A DNA stretch of 64,000 bases from an uncultured Candidatus Saccharibacteria bacterium. GTDB taxonomy: Bacteria > Patescibacteriota > Minisyncoccia > Phycocordibacterales > UBA2100. Location: positions 1,953-65,952 of the forward strand of contig CAZZHR010000001.1 of assembly GCA_964654205.1 (NCBI GenBank), read 5' to 3'. The notes under the pieces are model-generated. The model saw nothing but the letters and a program-made list of their open reading frames with translations. It had not been told where the DNA came from and did no database searches. Made by a program: the position numbers and the translations under genes. Positions 9,239 to 18,841 of the stretch are shown piece after piece (the stretch's first letter is position 1; each line of letters starts with the position of its first letter).

Positions 9239-9709
9239 ATGGATTACGCGCCCGAAGTCGAAAAAATCCTCAAGGAGATGCTCCTGACGCTCGGCGTGTC
9301 GTATTCGAAAGTCACGAGGACTGATGTTGCAGGACAGGCTATTTTCACGATAGAGACCGACGACGCGCGCAAGCTCATTGGGATGCACGGAGACACTATC
9401 CATGCGATAGACATGCTCGTAAAGAAGATTCTCGAGAAGCGCATGCCCGTCGCGGAGGGAGCCGCAGCCCCGATGTTTTTGATCGATGTCAACGATTACC
9501 GTGCCAAGCAGATACGCGACCTCCAGACGAAGGCGCTCATGATGGCTGAGCGCGCACGCTCATTTCAATACGATGTAGAGCTCTCCCCCATGAGTGCGTA
9601 CGAGCGCCTCATCGTGCACACAACGCTGCAGGATGCACCAAATGTGAAGACCGAATCGCAGGGCGAAGGCAGGAATCGCCGCGTGGTCATCAAGTACAGC
9701 GCTGATTAG
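9239..9709 (+). CDS. jag: Jag/KhpB-like RNA-binding protein (KH and R3H domains)
   Basis: IGMHGDTIHAID (KH) and a C-terminal R3H region; classic position after yidC. Start moved to the internal ATG (MDYAPEVEKIL...). Confidence 0.75.
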   Translation: MDYAPEVEKILKEMLLTLGVSYSKVTRTDVAGQAIFTIETDDARKLIGMHGDTIHAIDMLVKKILEKRMPVAEGAAAPMFLIDVNDYRAKQIRDLQTKALMMAERARSFQYDVELSPMSAYERLIVHTTLQDAPNVKTESQGEGRNRRVVIKYSAD

Positions 9710-9823
9710 TCATCTCGCTCTCCATGTGGGGTGCCCGCGTTTAGTATGCGATGCACGCGCCGTTGTACCACGAACGCGCGCTATTGCATTGTTCGAGGCT
9801 TGTAATCCCGCACGTCTCTCCGC

Positions 9824-10342
9824 TCATGAAATTGGGATAGCAGTACTGTTGGGCTGTGTAGTACGGGTCGGGTGCCTGGGCTGCTGGAGGGGAGATAGGT
9901 TGGTCGCAGCTGGACGTGCGGGGTTCACGACCTGCACCTGGTTGGCATTGCGGAACACGTCGAGGTTCAAGAGCTGCGGGTTGATTTGACGGAGAATAAG
10001 GTATATCGAAAGCAGGAGGAGGAGGCCGAGAATAACATCGCCTATGACTTGCTTTGCGTGGGATTTTTGGTGGAAGGCGTCGGTCGTCATGTACAGGTAG
10101 CCCGCAAAGGCAAGACGAAGCACGGCAAGTATTGCGCCGACCGCAATCATCGCGACGAAAACTTTATTGAAGAAGTCTGCGAGGGAGGTGGAGCCATACA
10201 GATTTCCGAGGCGCGAGCCCCCTGGCGCAGGAGAGAGCGGCACGAAAGTTTGGGCGCCTGCGATGTCTGCGCCGACAATGAAACATATGCCGGCGACGGT
10301 GGCCGCGAGAAGAAGGTGCGATATGAACTGGGCTCTTCGCAT
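9824..10342 (-). CDS. small secreted two-helix membrane protein, candidate T4SS pilin (VirB2/TrbC-like)
   Basis: Signal peptide (…IAGAQT) then two long hydrophobic helices separated by a short loop; the last gene of the T4SS-like operon. Confidence 0.45.
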   Translation of the reverse strand: MRRAQFISHLLLAATVAGICFIVGADIAGAQTFVPLSPAPGGSRLGNLYGSTSLADFFNKVFVAMIAVGAILAVLRLAFAGYLYMTTDAFHQKSHAKQVIGDVILGLLLLLSIYLILRQINPQLLNLDVFRNANQVQVVNPARPAATNLSPLQQPRHPTRTTQPNSTAIPIS

Positions 10343-10343
10343 A

Positions 10344-11585
10344 TCAATTTTCTAATCGCAACATCCACAGCGTCTTGTCGATTTTGTTTACGAATGCGAT
10401 GTGCGTACCGGAGCTATCGATGCGAGGCTCCTCCACGTCGAGTGCGGTGCTGAACTCCGGCGTAAAAATTTGCTCGGCAGAGTTCGCAGAAACGTCAATG
10501 CGCCACCATGCGTCAGCGGTGTGTGCCGAACCGTCGTACCAGTTGCGGATGAAATCTCGTGCTGGCTGCGTCTGCGGCACCGCGCAGTAGAGAATGAGTC
10601 GTGAATCCGGCGCCCACACACACTTTTCCGCAAGTGTACGGACAGGAAGTGCTATGTCGGAGCTTCCCGAGCTCGTGCGGGCAAAGAGTGCGAGCGCACC
10701 TCCCGAGGAACTGCTGAATGCGATTGCGCTCGAATTGGAGCGCGGTAAGAGCATGAGGCCGGGAATATTGCCAAGGATGCGTTCGAGAGTCCCGGAAGAT
10801 GTAACGCGAAACGCGTGTCCGGCGATGTCGTCGGAAGCCTTCTGTATCACGTACCTCGTGCCATCGGGGAGAACAAGTGCGTGCCAATCGGAAAGCGCTG
10901 AGGCGAGAATCCGTCGCTGCCCCGTACCGAGCCAGTTGGAGACGATGCCTGCAGTGCCCCCGTTCTCGCGAGCCAAAAAGAAGAGCTCTTTCGTGCCCGG
11001 ATGTGCCGCAATCGACACGATGCCGCTCGGCAAGAAGACGCCCTCGAGCTTATGTGGTGTGTCCCCCGCCGCCGGCGACGTGCTTGTCCCAATTGTAGCG
11101 GCGAACGTTGTCACACTACCCGTTTCGTCGAGCGCCCGCAGCACGACAGAGCCGTCGTATGCAAAATGAGCCTCGAGCACCTTGGGTACGAGCGTGTTCG
11201 TGAGCCGCGCGACCTTTGCTTCTCGGGGGTCGGCAGTGAGAATGTTGCCCGATGCGCGCTCGGCGAAGAACACAACGGGGCTGGTCGAGGCGAAGCCGTG
11301 CCCCCCGACGGGCGTGCGCGTTACTCGCCACAGCTGCGGGGCGGCCGCCGAGCCCTCCGGCTCATCGCTCAGTATGTTGCCGACGATGCCACTCACGAGA
11401 TTCGATAAGCCGCTCCCTACACTGCTCCCAAACGACTCGCTTGCGCCAAAGCCGCGCGCCGAGTCCTGCGATTCAGTCGAGGATATCTGCTGATCAACAA
11501 AGAGGTACCAGCCAGCGAGGCCGCCGAGCACCGTCACGATGATGGCTGCGACAGCGAACCGTACCCATGACAAGTTGATTTTCAT
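10344..11585 (-). CDS. membrane-anchored beta-propeller-like protein (TolB/PD40-like), T4SS-associated
   Basis: N-terminal TM helix, then repeated beta-strand-rich segments ending ...THIAFVNKIDKTLWMLRLEN. Stop is 1 nt from the next gene's start. Confidence 0.45.
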   Translation of the reverse strand: MKINLSWVRFAVAAIIVTVLGGLAGWYLFVDQQISSTESQDSARGFGASESFGSSVGSGLSNLVSGIVGNILSDEPEGSAAAPQLWRVTRTPVGGHGFASTSPVVFFAERASGNILTADPREAKVARLTNTLVPKVLEAHFAYDGSVVLRALDETGSVTTFAATIGTSTSPAAGDTPHKLEGVFLPSGIVSIAAHPGTKELFFLARENGGTAGIVSNWLGTGQRRILASALSDWHALVLPDGTRYVIQKASDDIAGHAFRVTSSGTLERILGNIPGLMLLPRSNSSAIAFSSSSGGALALFARTSSGSSDIALPVRTLAEKCVWAPDSRLILYCAVPQTQPARDFIRNWYDGSAHTADAWWRIDVSANSAEQIFTPEFSTALDVEEPRIDSSGTHIAFVNKIDKTLWMLRLEN

Positions 11586-11589
11586 ACGA

Positions 11590-12612
11590 TTATTGTCGTG
11601 GAGCGAACGGGTTTATCCCCTCGATGGAGCCGCCAGTCTGAGAAAATGTTATCTGCCAGGCGGCGTTGGTGCCGAAGAAATAGTTGGTCACGTGCGTCAC
11701 CTCGAGGTCGATGGTCGCGATACCTGTCGAACCCGCGGCGTTGATTGTTATTTGTGAAGGTTTTTTCGCGTCTGACACTATTGAGTTTCGGTCGACGCGC
11801 CATGCGTATTGAAGTCGCGGGTCATTTTCTGTAGTAACGGGGGCAAAGTACGGTATGGCCAGAAAGGTCATCTCGGTTTCGGGCGTGAATGCTGTCGCGC
11901 TGAACGCCCTGTGGTAGAGCGGGCCAAAGAGCGGGTGATTCTCATACAGGCGCAGGCTCGTGTCCGGAGCCGGAATGCGCGCACTTCCCCGAGCGGATAT
12001 CTCCCCGTCTGCGGTTCGCGCGTCGACAGAGAATACTTCTTCGCCGAAAAGCGTCGTGCCGTCTACGACCAGCGTGGAGCGCCCTTTCCCGGAGAGCGAG
12101 CCGAGCACGGTGTTGCCCTTTCGCCACGTGTAGATGAGGTCCTTCTCTGCTATCGGCGCGCCGCCCCTGACGAACGTGGGGTGCGCGACGAGTGTGATGT
12201 TTGCTCCGGGTGATGGCAGAGTTCTGCCTTTGTAGAGAGCGGGTGCGAATCCTTCAGCCTCCCAGAGGAGGTCGAGCGATGCGGGGGTGATGGAGAGAAA
12301 TGCGAGCGCTTCTTCGTCACTCGTTACCACTGAGGCCGAGACATCGGTCGTCTCTCCTGCAGCCTTCACCTGTATCGATACGCTCGTCACTCCCTCTCCT
12401 TCAGTAAGGAGTTCGCCGTCGACTCGCCACGACACGAGCGACTGTGAGAGGTCGAATATTGGGCTCTGGAGCGTGAGCCGCACCGTGCTGTTCGGGACGG
12501 GCTGTGCCGGACTCATCGCTATTGTCACAGCACTCGACGCGCTTGGAAAGTCGGATTGGGCGTACGCAGCCTGCGCAAAAAGTAGCACCATGAGCACTAT
12601 GAGTACCCTCAT
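11590..12612 (-). CDS. secreted hypothetical protein (signal peptide), T4SS-associated
   Basis: MRVLIVLMVLLFAQAAYAQS signal peptide; 4-bp overlap with the VirB4 gene upstream. Confidence 0.5.
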   Translation of the reverse strand: MRVLIVLMVLLFAQAAYAQSDFPSASSAVTIAMSPAQPVPNSTVRLTLQSPIFDLSQSLVSWRVDGELLTEGEGVTSVSIQVKAAGETTDVSASVVTSDEEALAFLSITPASLDLLWEAEGFAPALYKGRTLPSPGANITLVAHPTFVRGGAPIAEKDLIYTWRKGNTVLGSLSGKGRSTLVVDGTTLFGEEVFSVDARTADGEISARGSARIPAPDTSLRLYENHPLFGPLYHRAFSATAFTPETEMTFLAIPYFAPVTTENDPRLQYAWRVDRNSIVSDAKKPSQITINAAGSTGIATIDLEVTHVTNYFFGTNAAWQITFSQTGGSIEGINPFAPRQ

Positions 12613-14588
12613 ACTTCCTTGAGATCCGAACTGGTCAGTGATTTACCGACGGGCGCTGTGTCGGCGCCTGGTGCGGCGGGTACGGGTACGCTCGCGGCGA
12701 CCGGTGGCGGTGCCGTTTGTGATACGGGGCGGATGGCTGCAGCAGCAGCGGCGCCCGCGCTCGACGGCGTGTCGACGGCTTCGAGTTCCTGCTTCGCTTT
12801 CTTTATAGCGAGGATTTGCGAAGGGTCTGACGTGATGATCTGGTCCTCTGTATACGATGCGATGACCTTGATGGCGACGTGCTTGAGCCCGGCGAAAAAT
12901 ATTCCCTCTCCGACATCGCTCTCGAGGAGGAGGTACTTCTCTTCGTCGGAGAGCTTGAATGTCTGCTGCACGAGGTCGACCGATGTTGGCGACTGGCGCA
13001 AGAGGAGCTGGATAGAAGAGTTCGTTATCATCGGGATGCCGTACGGTGAGTTGAGGAAGTCGGAGACGTCCTGCGTGATTGTGGAAATGCCCAGGTAGTA
13101 TTTTCGACCACGCTTCGCAATGGAAAATAGGAAGGATGCGGTGTCTTCACTTCGCATCATCCACCACGCTTCGTCGATGACGAGAAGGCGCTTTCGAAGT
13201 TCTTTGCGTACCGTGTTCCATATGTGGTGCGTGATGATGTACATCGCCACCGGTTTGAGGTCGTCCTCCATGTCGCGCACGGAGAAGACGACGAGCTTCT
13301 TGTTCATGTCTACGTTGGTCGGTCTGTTCATGAATCCCGACCAGGTCCCCTTCGTGTATTTCGAGAGCCGCTGCACGAGGCTCTCGCTCCCCTCCATGCC
13401 GGAGAGGACGAGTTCGAAGTCGGAGAGGAGCGGCGGCTCGACGGCCGCAAAATTCGCCTCAGGGGTAATGTCTTTGAGCGCGTATGTTTCTGTTATCGCC
13501 TTGTCGATAATCGCGTCTTCCTCGGGGGTGAGCCCTCCGAGCATGATACGGAAGAGCCCGACGAGCGTGATGATGTTGTTGCGGAGCACGTCCGAAGGAT
13601 TCTCGTCCTCGCGCGGTATCGCGAGGTCAAATGGATTGATGTGGTGCTCAGAGGAGAGCGAGATGTTGAAGTAGCGGCCGCCCACCGTCTCTGCGAGGTA
13701 TTCGTATTCGCGTTCCGGATCGATGACGATGACTTCCGTGTCGAACATGAGAGAGCGCAGTATTTCGAGCTTCGTCGTGTAGGACTTACCCGCGCCCGAT
13801 TTTGCAAACGTGACACTGTTGTAGTTTTCGAGCGAGAAGCGGTCGAAGAGGATGAGCGAGGAGTTGTGCCGGTTTATCCCGTAGAGGATGCCGCGGTCGG
13901 ATGTGAGGTCGAAAGATATAAACGGGAAGATTGACGAGAGCGGTGCGGAATTGAGCTTGGTATGCACGTCGAGCTCGTCTGTCGCGAGCGGCAGTACCGA
14001 GCGAAAGCCCTGTTCCTGTTGGAAGAGTGCGGGCCGTATGTACACGAGCCTCGCCTCGAGAATCGAGCGTACCTCGCTCTCGACCTTGTCGATCTCCTCC
14101 CTCGTGTTGCCGTAGATGGTGAGGTAGAGGCCTACATCGAAGATGCGCTCCTGCGCTTGCTGGAGGCTGTCGCGCAACTGTTCGAGGTCGGCGTAGGCAG
14201 TGTCGAGCATCGGATCTCGCACCATACCCTTCTCCTCACGGGTCGATATTTGGCTCTGAACCTCCGCGACTTTCTTCTGGAACTTGCGGAGCATTTCATT
14301 GGTATCCATCGGGTGCACGAAAATGGAGATGTCGAGCACCTTGTCCATGTTGATGATGGGTGCGAACCAGCCGGTCGTGAGGAAGCGCGGGTAGGAGATG
14401 ACGAAGAACGTGCGCGCTATTTTCTCGCCGAGGTCGAGTTCGCGCGAATTCACCTTGAGCGCGTGCGGCGCGATGACGTCCTGCAGGTCGAGGACGCCGC
14501 TCTGGTAAATCTCACGCGGCAGGACGGGCAGAATGCCCGGCGAGTCCTCCTTTTTCTTGCCAAACGGAAGTAAATCGGTGAGCGCCAT
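12609..14588 (-). CDS. virB4: VirB4/TraE/PrgJ-family type IV secretion ATPase
   Basis: Walker A FAKSGAGKSYTTK, Walker B LLVIDEAWWMM; the N-terminal region is typical of the CagE/TrbE/VirB4 family. Start set at the internal ATG (MALTDLLPFG...), which abuts the upstream gene's stop; the ORF-track 58-aa extension is a GTG artefact. Confidence 0.8.
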   Translation of the reverse strand: MALTDLLPFGKKKEDSPGILPVLPREIYQSGVLDLQDVIAPHALKVNSRELDLGEKIARTFFVISYPRFLTTGWFAPIINMDKVLDISIFVHPMDTNEMLRKFQKKVAEVQSQISTREEKGMVRDPMLDTAYADLEQLRDSLQQAQERIFDVGLYLTIYGNTREEIDKVESEVRSILEARLVYIRPALFQQEQGFRSVLPLATDELDVHTKLNSAPLSSIFPFISFDLTSDRGILYGINRHNSSLILFDRFSLENYNSVTFAKSGAGKSYTTKLEILRSLMFDTEVIVIDPEREYEYLAETVGGRYFNISLSSEHHINPFDLAIPREDENPSDVLRNNIITLVGLFRIMLGGLTPEEDAIIDKAITETYALKDITPEANFAAVEPPLLSDFELVLSGMEGSESLVQRLSKYTKGTWSGFMNRPTNVDMNKKLVVFSVRDMEDDLKPVAMYIITHHIWNTVRKELRKRLLVIDEAWWMMRSEDTASFLFSIAKRGRKYYLGISTITQDVSDFLNSPYGIPMITNSSIQLLLRQSPTSVDLVQQTFKLSDEEKYLLLESDVGEGIFFAGLKHVAIKVIASYTEDQIITSDPSQILAIKKAKQELEAVDTPSSAGAAAAAAIRPVSQTAPPPVAASVPVPAAPGADTAPVGKSLTSSDLKEV

Positions 14589-14589
14589 A

Positions 14590-15252
14590 CTATTCTTGTG
14601 CGGGCACGGGCATTGGCTTTCCGTCTTCTCCCGGATTGAACATCTTATAGAGCAGCTCAATCGCTTCTTCAGTACCGAGCTGGACGGTGCGAACACCTGT
14701 GCGGACGAGCCCCTGCTGTACGATGGATATGCGCTGCTCGAGCTGGGAGACCTGTTCCTCAAAAGTCCTGTTCTCCGCGGCAGGATCTTTTTTGCTGCGG
14801 CCGAACGGCAGGAGCGAGGCCGCCCCCTTCTTGCCTGCGAGCACGGCGGGGTCGTAGGGCACCACCACGAAGAAGTTCTTGGTCATGATGTTCGCTGCCT
14901 CTGTGAAGCTCCTGATGAATTCGATGTACTCGCGGATCTGGATGCGCATGAGGTCGTCGAGCTGCTGCTTGTACTGTGCCTCGAGCGTCGCGACGTAGGG
15001 GCGGATGTCGAGCATGCGCGACTGCACGAAGATCTGCACGGAAAAATCGAGCGAGTTGAGAAAGTTCTGGAACTGCACGATGAACGCTGTTTGCTCGTCC
15101 TCGCTCTTGAGTGCGAAGTTGATAGAGGACGCGAGGAGTACGGCGCGCAAGCCACCGTTTTTCAGTGCGACGACACCGTCGCGCACCTCGGAGATGGGCA
15201 CGAAGTCCTGTGTCGAACGGGAGACGGAGCGTGTGTTGGCGGTACCGGGCAT
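14590..15252 (-). CDS. T4SS-associated protein (220 aa), possible VirB4-N-domain/PrgJ-partner-like
   Basis: ATG start; translationally coupled to virB4; shares an LLPFG(K/R)xKK(D/E) motif with the VirB4 N-terminus. Confidence 0.5.
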   Translation of the reverse strand: MPGTANTRSVSRSTQDFVPISEVRDGVVALKNGGLRAVLLASSINFALKSEDEQTAFIVQFQNFLNSLDFSVQIFVQSRMLDIRPYVATLEAQYKQQLDDLMRIQIREYIEFIRSFTEAANIMTKNFFVVVPYDPAVLAGKKGAASLLPFGRSKKDPAAENRTFEEQVSQLEQRISIVQQGLVRTGVRTVQLGTEEAIELLYKMFNPGEDGKPMPVPAQE

Positions 15253-15255
15253 AGT

Positions 15256-15771
15256 CTATAGGCGAGGTGCGCTTCTGCGCAGCTGAGTGACGATATCTTC
15301 GGGTACGCGAAGGCCCTGCACGGGGTCTATGTCGCTGCGGTCTCGATCGTCGGTGGTGCCAGCTGCGATGCGCTCGTTGATGTCGAGGCTCCAGGCAAGT
15401 TCGTGAAGCTTACTATCGGAGAGCTTTGGCACGTAGACGCTCGCGCTCCCGTGGCTCGGTTCCGCAGCCTTTTTCACCTGAGGTTTCTTTGAGCGCTCGT
15501 TGTTCCAGAGGTAGAGCTTGGGATGGAGCGCGAAATAGAAGGCATTCTCGAGCGCGAGGAGGAACGGCCGGCCGTTGACCTGCATGAAGGCGAGTGCTGC
15601 CGCGAGCCCGAGTACGCCCACGATGAGGGGTGCGGCAAGAAAAAGCGGCAGTATGCGCCAGGTCACGTACGCGAGACCGAGGCCGCCCGCCACGAAGACG
15701 AATTGCTTAAAGGTCAGAGGCCCTACGATCTTGTCCTCTACCTCGATGAATTGAGGTACTTGGAACTGCAT
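15256..15771 (-). CDS. PrgI/VirB3-like small membrane protein
   Basis: N-terminus QFQVPQFIEVEDKIVGPLTFKQFVFVAGGLGLAYVTW... matches the PrgI-family signature (EDKIIGPLTxRQF) followed by two TM helices. ATG at 15771 preferred over the TTG at 15777. Confidence 0.6.
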   Translation of the reverse strand: MQFQVPQFIEVEDKIVGPLTFKQFVFVAGGLGLAYVTWRILPLFLAAPLIVGVLGLAAALAFMQVNGRPFLLALENAFYFALHPKLYLWNNERSKKPQVKKAAEPSHGSASVYVPKLSDSKLHELAWSLDINERIAAGTTDDRDRSDIDPVQGLRVPEDIVTQLRRSAPRL

Positions 15772-15831
15772 GCTCAATTATTATAACAGCCCGTACCGCG
15801 CGTGCGGGCCACTTTTTCGTACAACGGGGCG

Positions 15832-16413
15832 CTAAATGAGCTGCTCGCGGTATGGATCGCCCTCTATTGCCTTGCGCTCGTGACTCGCGACGCTTTTTGC
15901 ATACGTCGGCGGCAGCTGCGCACGCTCCACTTTCTGTGTGAGTGGCGGAGCGGGTGGGGTCGCGGGTGCAATCGTGGGTGCAGGCGACGCCGGTGCTTGG
16001 TCTGGTGCCGCTGGAGTTTGCGAATTCGCCAGTACTTGCGTGCGCATCTGTTCGACTCCCGTTTCCTTTGTGGCGGCAGCATCGGGATGTTCCAAAAGAC
16101 GTTCGAGTTCTTTTCGGATTGGCTCGAATATCGTTTCCGATATCTGAGACGCAAGAATGGTTGCTACATCACCACTTACACCCACTTCCTTTTGAATGTT
16201 TGCTGCAAGATCTTCAGACCGAAGAATTCCCAAGAGGGTCATCTGGACCTCATTTTCAAGCGTTTCCCACTGATCTATGTGCAAGTTCTGTTTTTCAGCG
16301 AGCTCTCTCATGTGCTTCTGTACGTCGGCGGAAAGAATCGCGTTCCGGACGACCTTCGGCAGTCTTTCGAATCGTTCCTGTATCAATTGTTTAAACTCAG
16401 TGTTCTCGTCCAT
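15832..16413 (-). CDS. hypothetical protein with Pro/Ala-rich C-terminus, T4SS operon
   Basis: ATG start; acidic helical N-half and PAAPDQAPASPAPTIAPATPPAPP linker. Confidence 0.5.
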   Translation of the reverse strand: MDENTEFKQLIQERFERLPKVVRNAILSADVQKHMRELAEKQNLHIDQWETLENEVQMTLLGILRSEDLAANIQKEVGVSGDVATILASQISETIFEPIRKELERLLEHPDAAATKETGVEQMRTQVLANSQTPAAPDQAPASPAPTIAPATPPAPPLTQKVERAQLPPTYAKSVASHERKAIEGDPYREQLI

Positions 16414-16416
16414 ACC

Positions 16417-18840
16417 TTAATGATGTGCCCCACTGCCCCCGTGGTCGTCGTGGGAATCAGCTTTTTGCGTCTTTGTCCCTGTTTCCGACTTCTTTTGCTG
16501 TCCGTGCTGTGCCCCATGATCCTCTTTGTGATCATCGCCGCCCGCAATGTGCTTCAAGTGCTCCATCGCTTCCTTCACGTCATGTTGCTTTTTCCGTTCC
16601 CCCGTTTGCTTGCCCGCGAGCTTTGCAAGTCTGTCGTTGTCCGCACTACTGATACCCGCTGCCTTTGCAATAAGGTTGGTCAACCGGTCGTTAGCCATTT
16701 CAGATGCTCTCTGCGATAGCCTATCACTGGCCTTTTTGTCCAGAGAGTCACTCCATTTGCCCGCTTGTTTCGCGACCTCCGTGAGTGCGGATGTGACCTG
16801 AGCATGCTGTGCTTTTGCTTCTGTAAGCGCTTTATTTGCTTCTTTGATCTTATTGTCCTGTTCTCGAAGCACGTCCTTATGCTCTGATCTCGCGCGCTCA
16901 ATTTGCGCATTTAAGTCACGCGCTCTCGCCTGCTGTTCTTGATCCGAAGGGTTTCTCCCGAGTGAATGCAATGCTTCAGTGTGTTGCTTTTGTAGATCTA
17001 TAATCTTTTCCCCCACGCCCCGAACTGCCTCAACCTGTTCCTTCGTCGCCTTGGCTACACCGCGCGTAGCTGCTTCGACTGCCTCCTCGGACGTTTTGTG
17101 AGCTTTGTCCAAATCTGGATTCGCGGTTTTAATTTCGTCGAGCACTTCTTTCTTCATTTTGTCGCGTTCGGCATCCGATATTGCTTCGTCCTCAGCTCGC
17201 TTTGCGAACTTATCAGCACGTGCTTTCAACGTACCCTCGTAACCTTTCAATGCCTTTCCAGTGAGAGCATCCAACTTCATTCCGGCAGTGTTGGCCACAA
17301 CGCTCCCAAACGGTGAACGCATAGCATTCATGTCGCTCTTTGCCACTCCTTTCAGTGCACGCGCGCCGAAACCAAGTAGCGCTTTCGAGACACGACCCCT
17401 ACCCTCTTGATTGGCTGCGAGCCGTGCTGCGTCGCTCGCGGCGAGACTTGCCCGCCCGAAAGTGTGCCTGCCGGCAAAAGCGGCGACGCGGGCGCCTGCC
17501 GCGAGGCCGAGCGCAGGCACCATAGCAGCGAAGTTGAATCCGCTGATTCCGGATGAGAACGAGCTCGCTATCTTGAACGACGCAAAGAGCATACCGAGGA
17601 GGATGACGTAGTTGAAAAGCGCGCCCACACCTGCGTTGCCGTCGCTCGAAGTCATGAGACCGCCGAGTGTGTCGTTCTGTGTCGCCATCTCTTGGGCAAG
17701 CAAAAGCGTGATCCACAGCAGAATCATGAGAAGCGGTCCGAATATGGCGACGTTGATGAGCGACTTCCACCATGTCGTCCACCCATACTGACTATCGGCA
17801 GCCTTTGGTATGAGGTATGTCGCGAATGCTATGGAAGACGTAATCATGAGAAATACGAGGAGCACAGCGCGGCTGACGATGAGGAGGCACCCGTAGAGCA
17901 TCACTATCGCCACGCCGAGGAGAAATGTGGCACTTAATACGCCGTGTAGGAGGGCGAGTATGCCATCTTGTTGTTTCTCTGCATTCGCACGAATTTTTGT
18001 GTACACATCGCCGATGCCCGTGACGCCCATCGTGCGTATGAACTGACCCGCGATACCGTCTTGCTGCTGTGTTGTCGCAGCCGATGCCCCGGCGCTCACG
18101 AGCGTGTTGATAGGTCTAGGAACGACCGAGCCGCCTGCCGCTGTGTAGAACTGGTATGAGACGAAGTTGGAGGCGTCGATGATGAGCTTCGTGAAGAGGA
18201 GACTGAAGTTCATCAAGACCGCGATGACGAGGACGCGGGCTATCATTTTCTTCTGCCCGAAACTCTCGAGGCCGAGAATGATGGATATTGCGATAAAGAC
18301 GAAGAGGCCGATGATGAGGATGTTGGAGAGGTCGCGGAACACCGTCCATGCGGTATCTATCGCACCGCGTACGTCCGTAGTCAGAAAGCCATTTTGCTGG
18401 TCGCCGAACGCGACAATGGTGTAGTACACGAGCCAATTAAAGAGAAGCCCGACGACTTCGAGCAATTTTGCGGACAGGGTGATCAATATTGTCGCTATGA
18501 CCGCGCCAACGACTCGTCCTACGCAGACGATAGGGCTGAAGAACATGTCACCCCAGCTTTCACAAGTTACTGGACCGCGGTTTCCAATCGTACTGCTATC
18601 GCTGGCACTTGAACCCACGGGTCTGCAATTTCCGGTAGCACTTGGGTTCGTTGGATCTGCCGCGGGCTCGAAAGTTGTTGTTCCCGGGCCGTGCGCCTGA
18701 TCGCAGTCAGCTTGGCTGTATTGGGCGTGTGCGACTGACGGCGTCCACGATACCGCCGCTGCGAAACCTCCTAGAACTACAGGCGCACTTAATTCCGTAA
18801 GCAGAATGATGGCCGCGATAGCTTTTCTGAGTCGAGCCAT
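16417..18840 (-). CDS. VirB6/TrbL-like polytopic membrane protein with ~330 aa coiled-coil, His-rich C-terminal tail
   Basis: Signal peptide MARLRKAIAAIILL..., Cys-containing N-terminal domain, about 7 TM helices, then a long K/E/A-rich coiled coil ending HDDHGGSGAHH. ORF-track start at 19059 rejected because it overlaps the upstream gene. Confidence 0.55.
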   Translation of the reverse strand: MARLRKAIAAIILLTELSAPVVLGGFAAAVSWTPSVAHAQYSQADCDQAHGPGTTTFEPAADPTNPSATGNCRPVGSSASDSSTIGNRGPVTCESWGDMFFSPIVCVGRVVGAVIATILITLSAKLLEVVGLLFNWLVYYTIVAFGDQQNGFLTTDVRGAIDTAWTVFRDLSNILIIGLFVFIAISIILGLESFGQKKMIARVLVIAVLMNFSLLFTKLIIDASNFVSYQFYTAAGGSVVPRPINTLVSAGASAATTQQQDGIAGQFIRTMGVTGIGDVYTKIRANAEKQQDGILALLHGVLSATFLLGVAIVMLYGCLLIVSRAVLLVFLMITSSIAFATYLIPKAADSQYGWTTWWKSLINVAIFGPLLMILLWITLLLAQEMATQNDTLGGLMTSSDGNAGVGALFNYVILLGMLFASFKIASSFSSGISGFNFAAMVPALGLAAGARVAAFAGRHTFGRASLAASDAARLAANQEGRGRVSKALLGFGARALKGVAKSDMNAMRSPFGSVVANTAGMKLDALTGKALKGYEGTLKARADKFAKRAEDEAISDAERDKMKKEVLDEIKTANPDLDKAHKTSEEAVEAATRGVAKATKEQVEAVRGVGEKIIDLQKQHTEALHSLGRNPSDQEQQARARDLNAQIERARSEHKDVLREQDNKIKEANKALTEAKAQHAQVTSALTEVAKQAGKWSDSLDKKASDRLSQRASEMANDRLTNLIAKAAGISSADNDRLAKLAGKQTGERKKQHDVKEAMEHLKHIAGGDDHKEDHGAQHGQQKKSETGTKTQKADSHDDHGGSGAHH

Positions 18841-18841
18841 A

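Noticed and set aside
12609-14762. 58-aa N-terminal extension of the VirB4 ORF (and similar extensions on 16417-19059, 20500-21600, 33824-34537, 34952-35551, 35609-36004, 46990-47361, 47428-48051, 49792-50454, 58933-59502)
   Set aside because: The ORF track starts at the most upstream GTG/TTG. The extensions overlap the upstream genes, have junk-like composition, and an internal ATG matches the homologous N-terminus.
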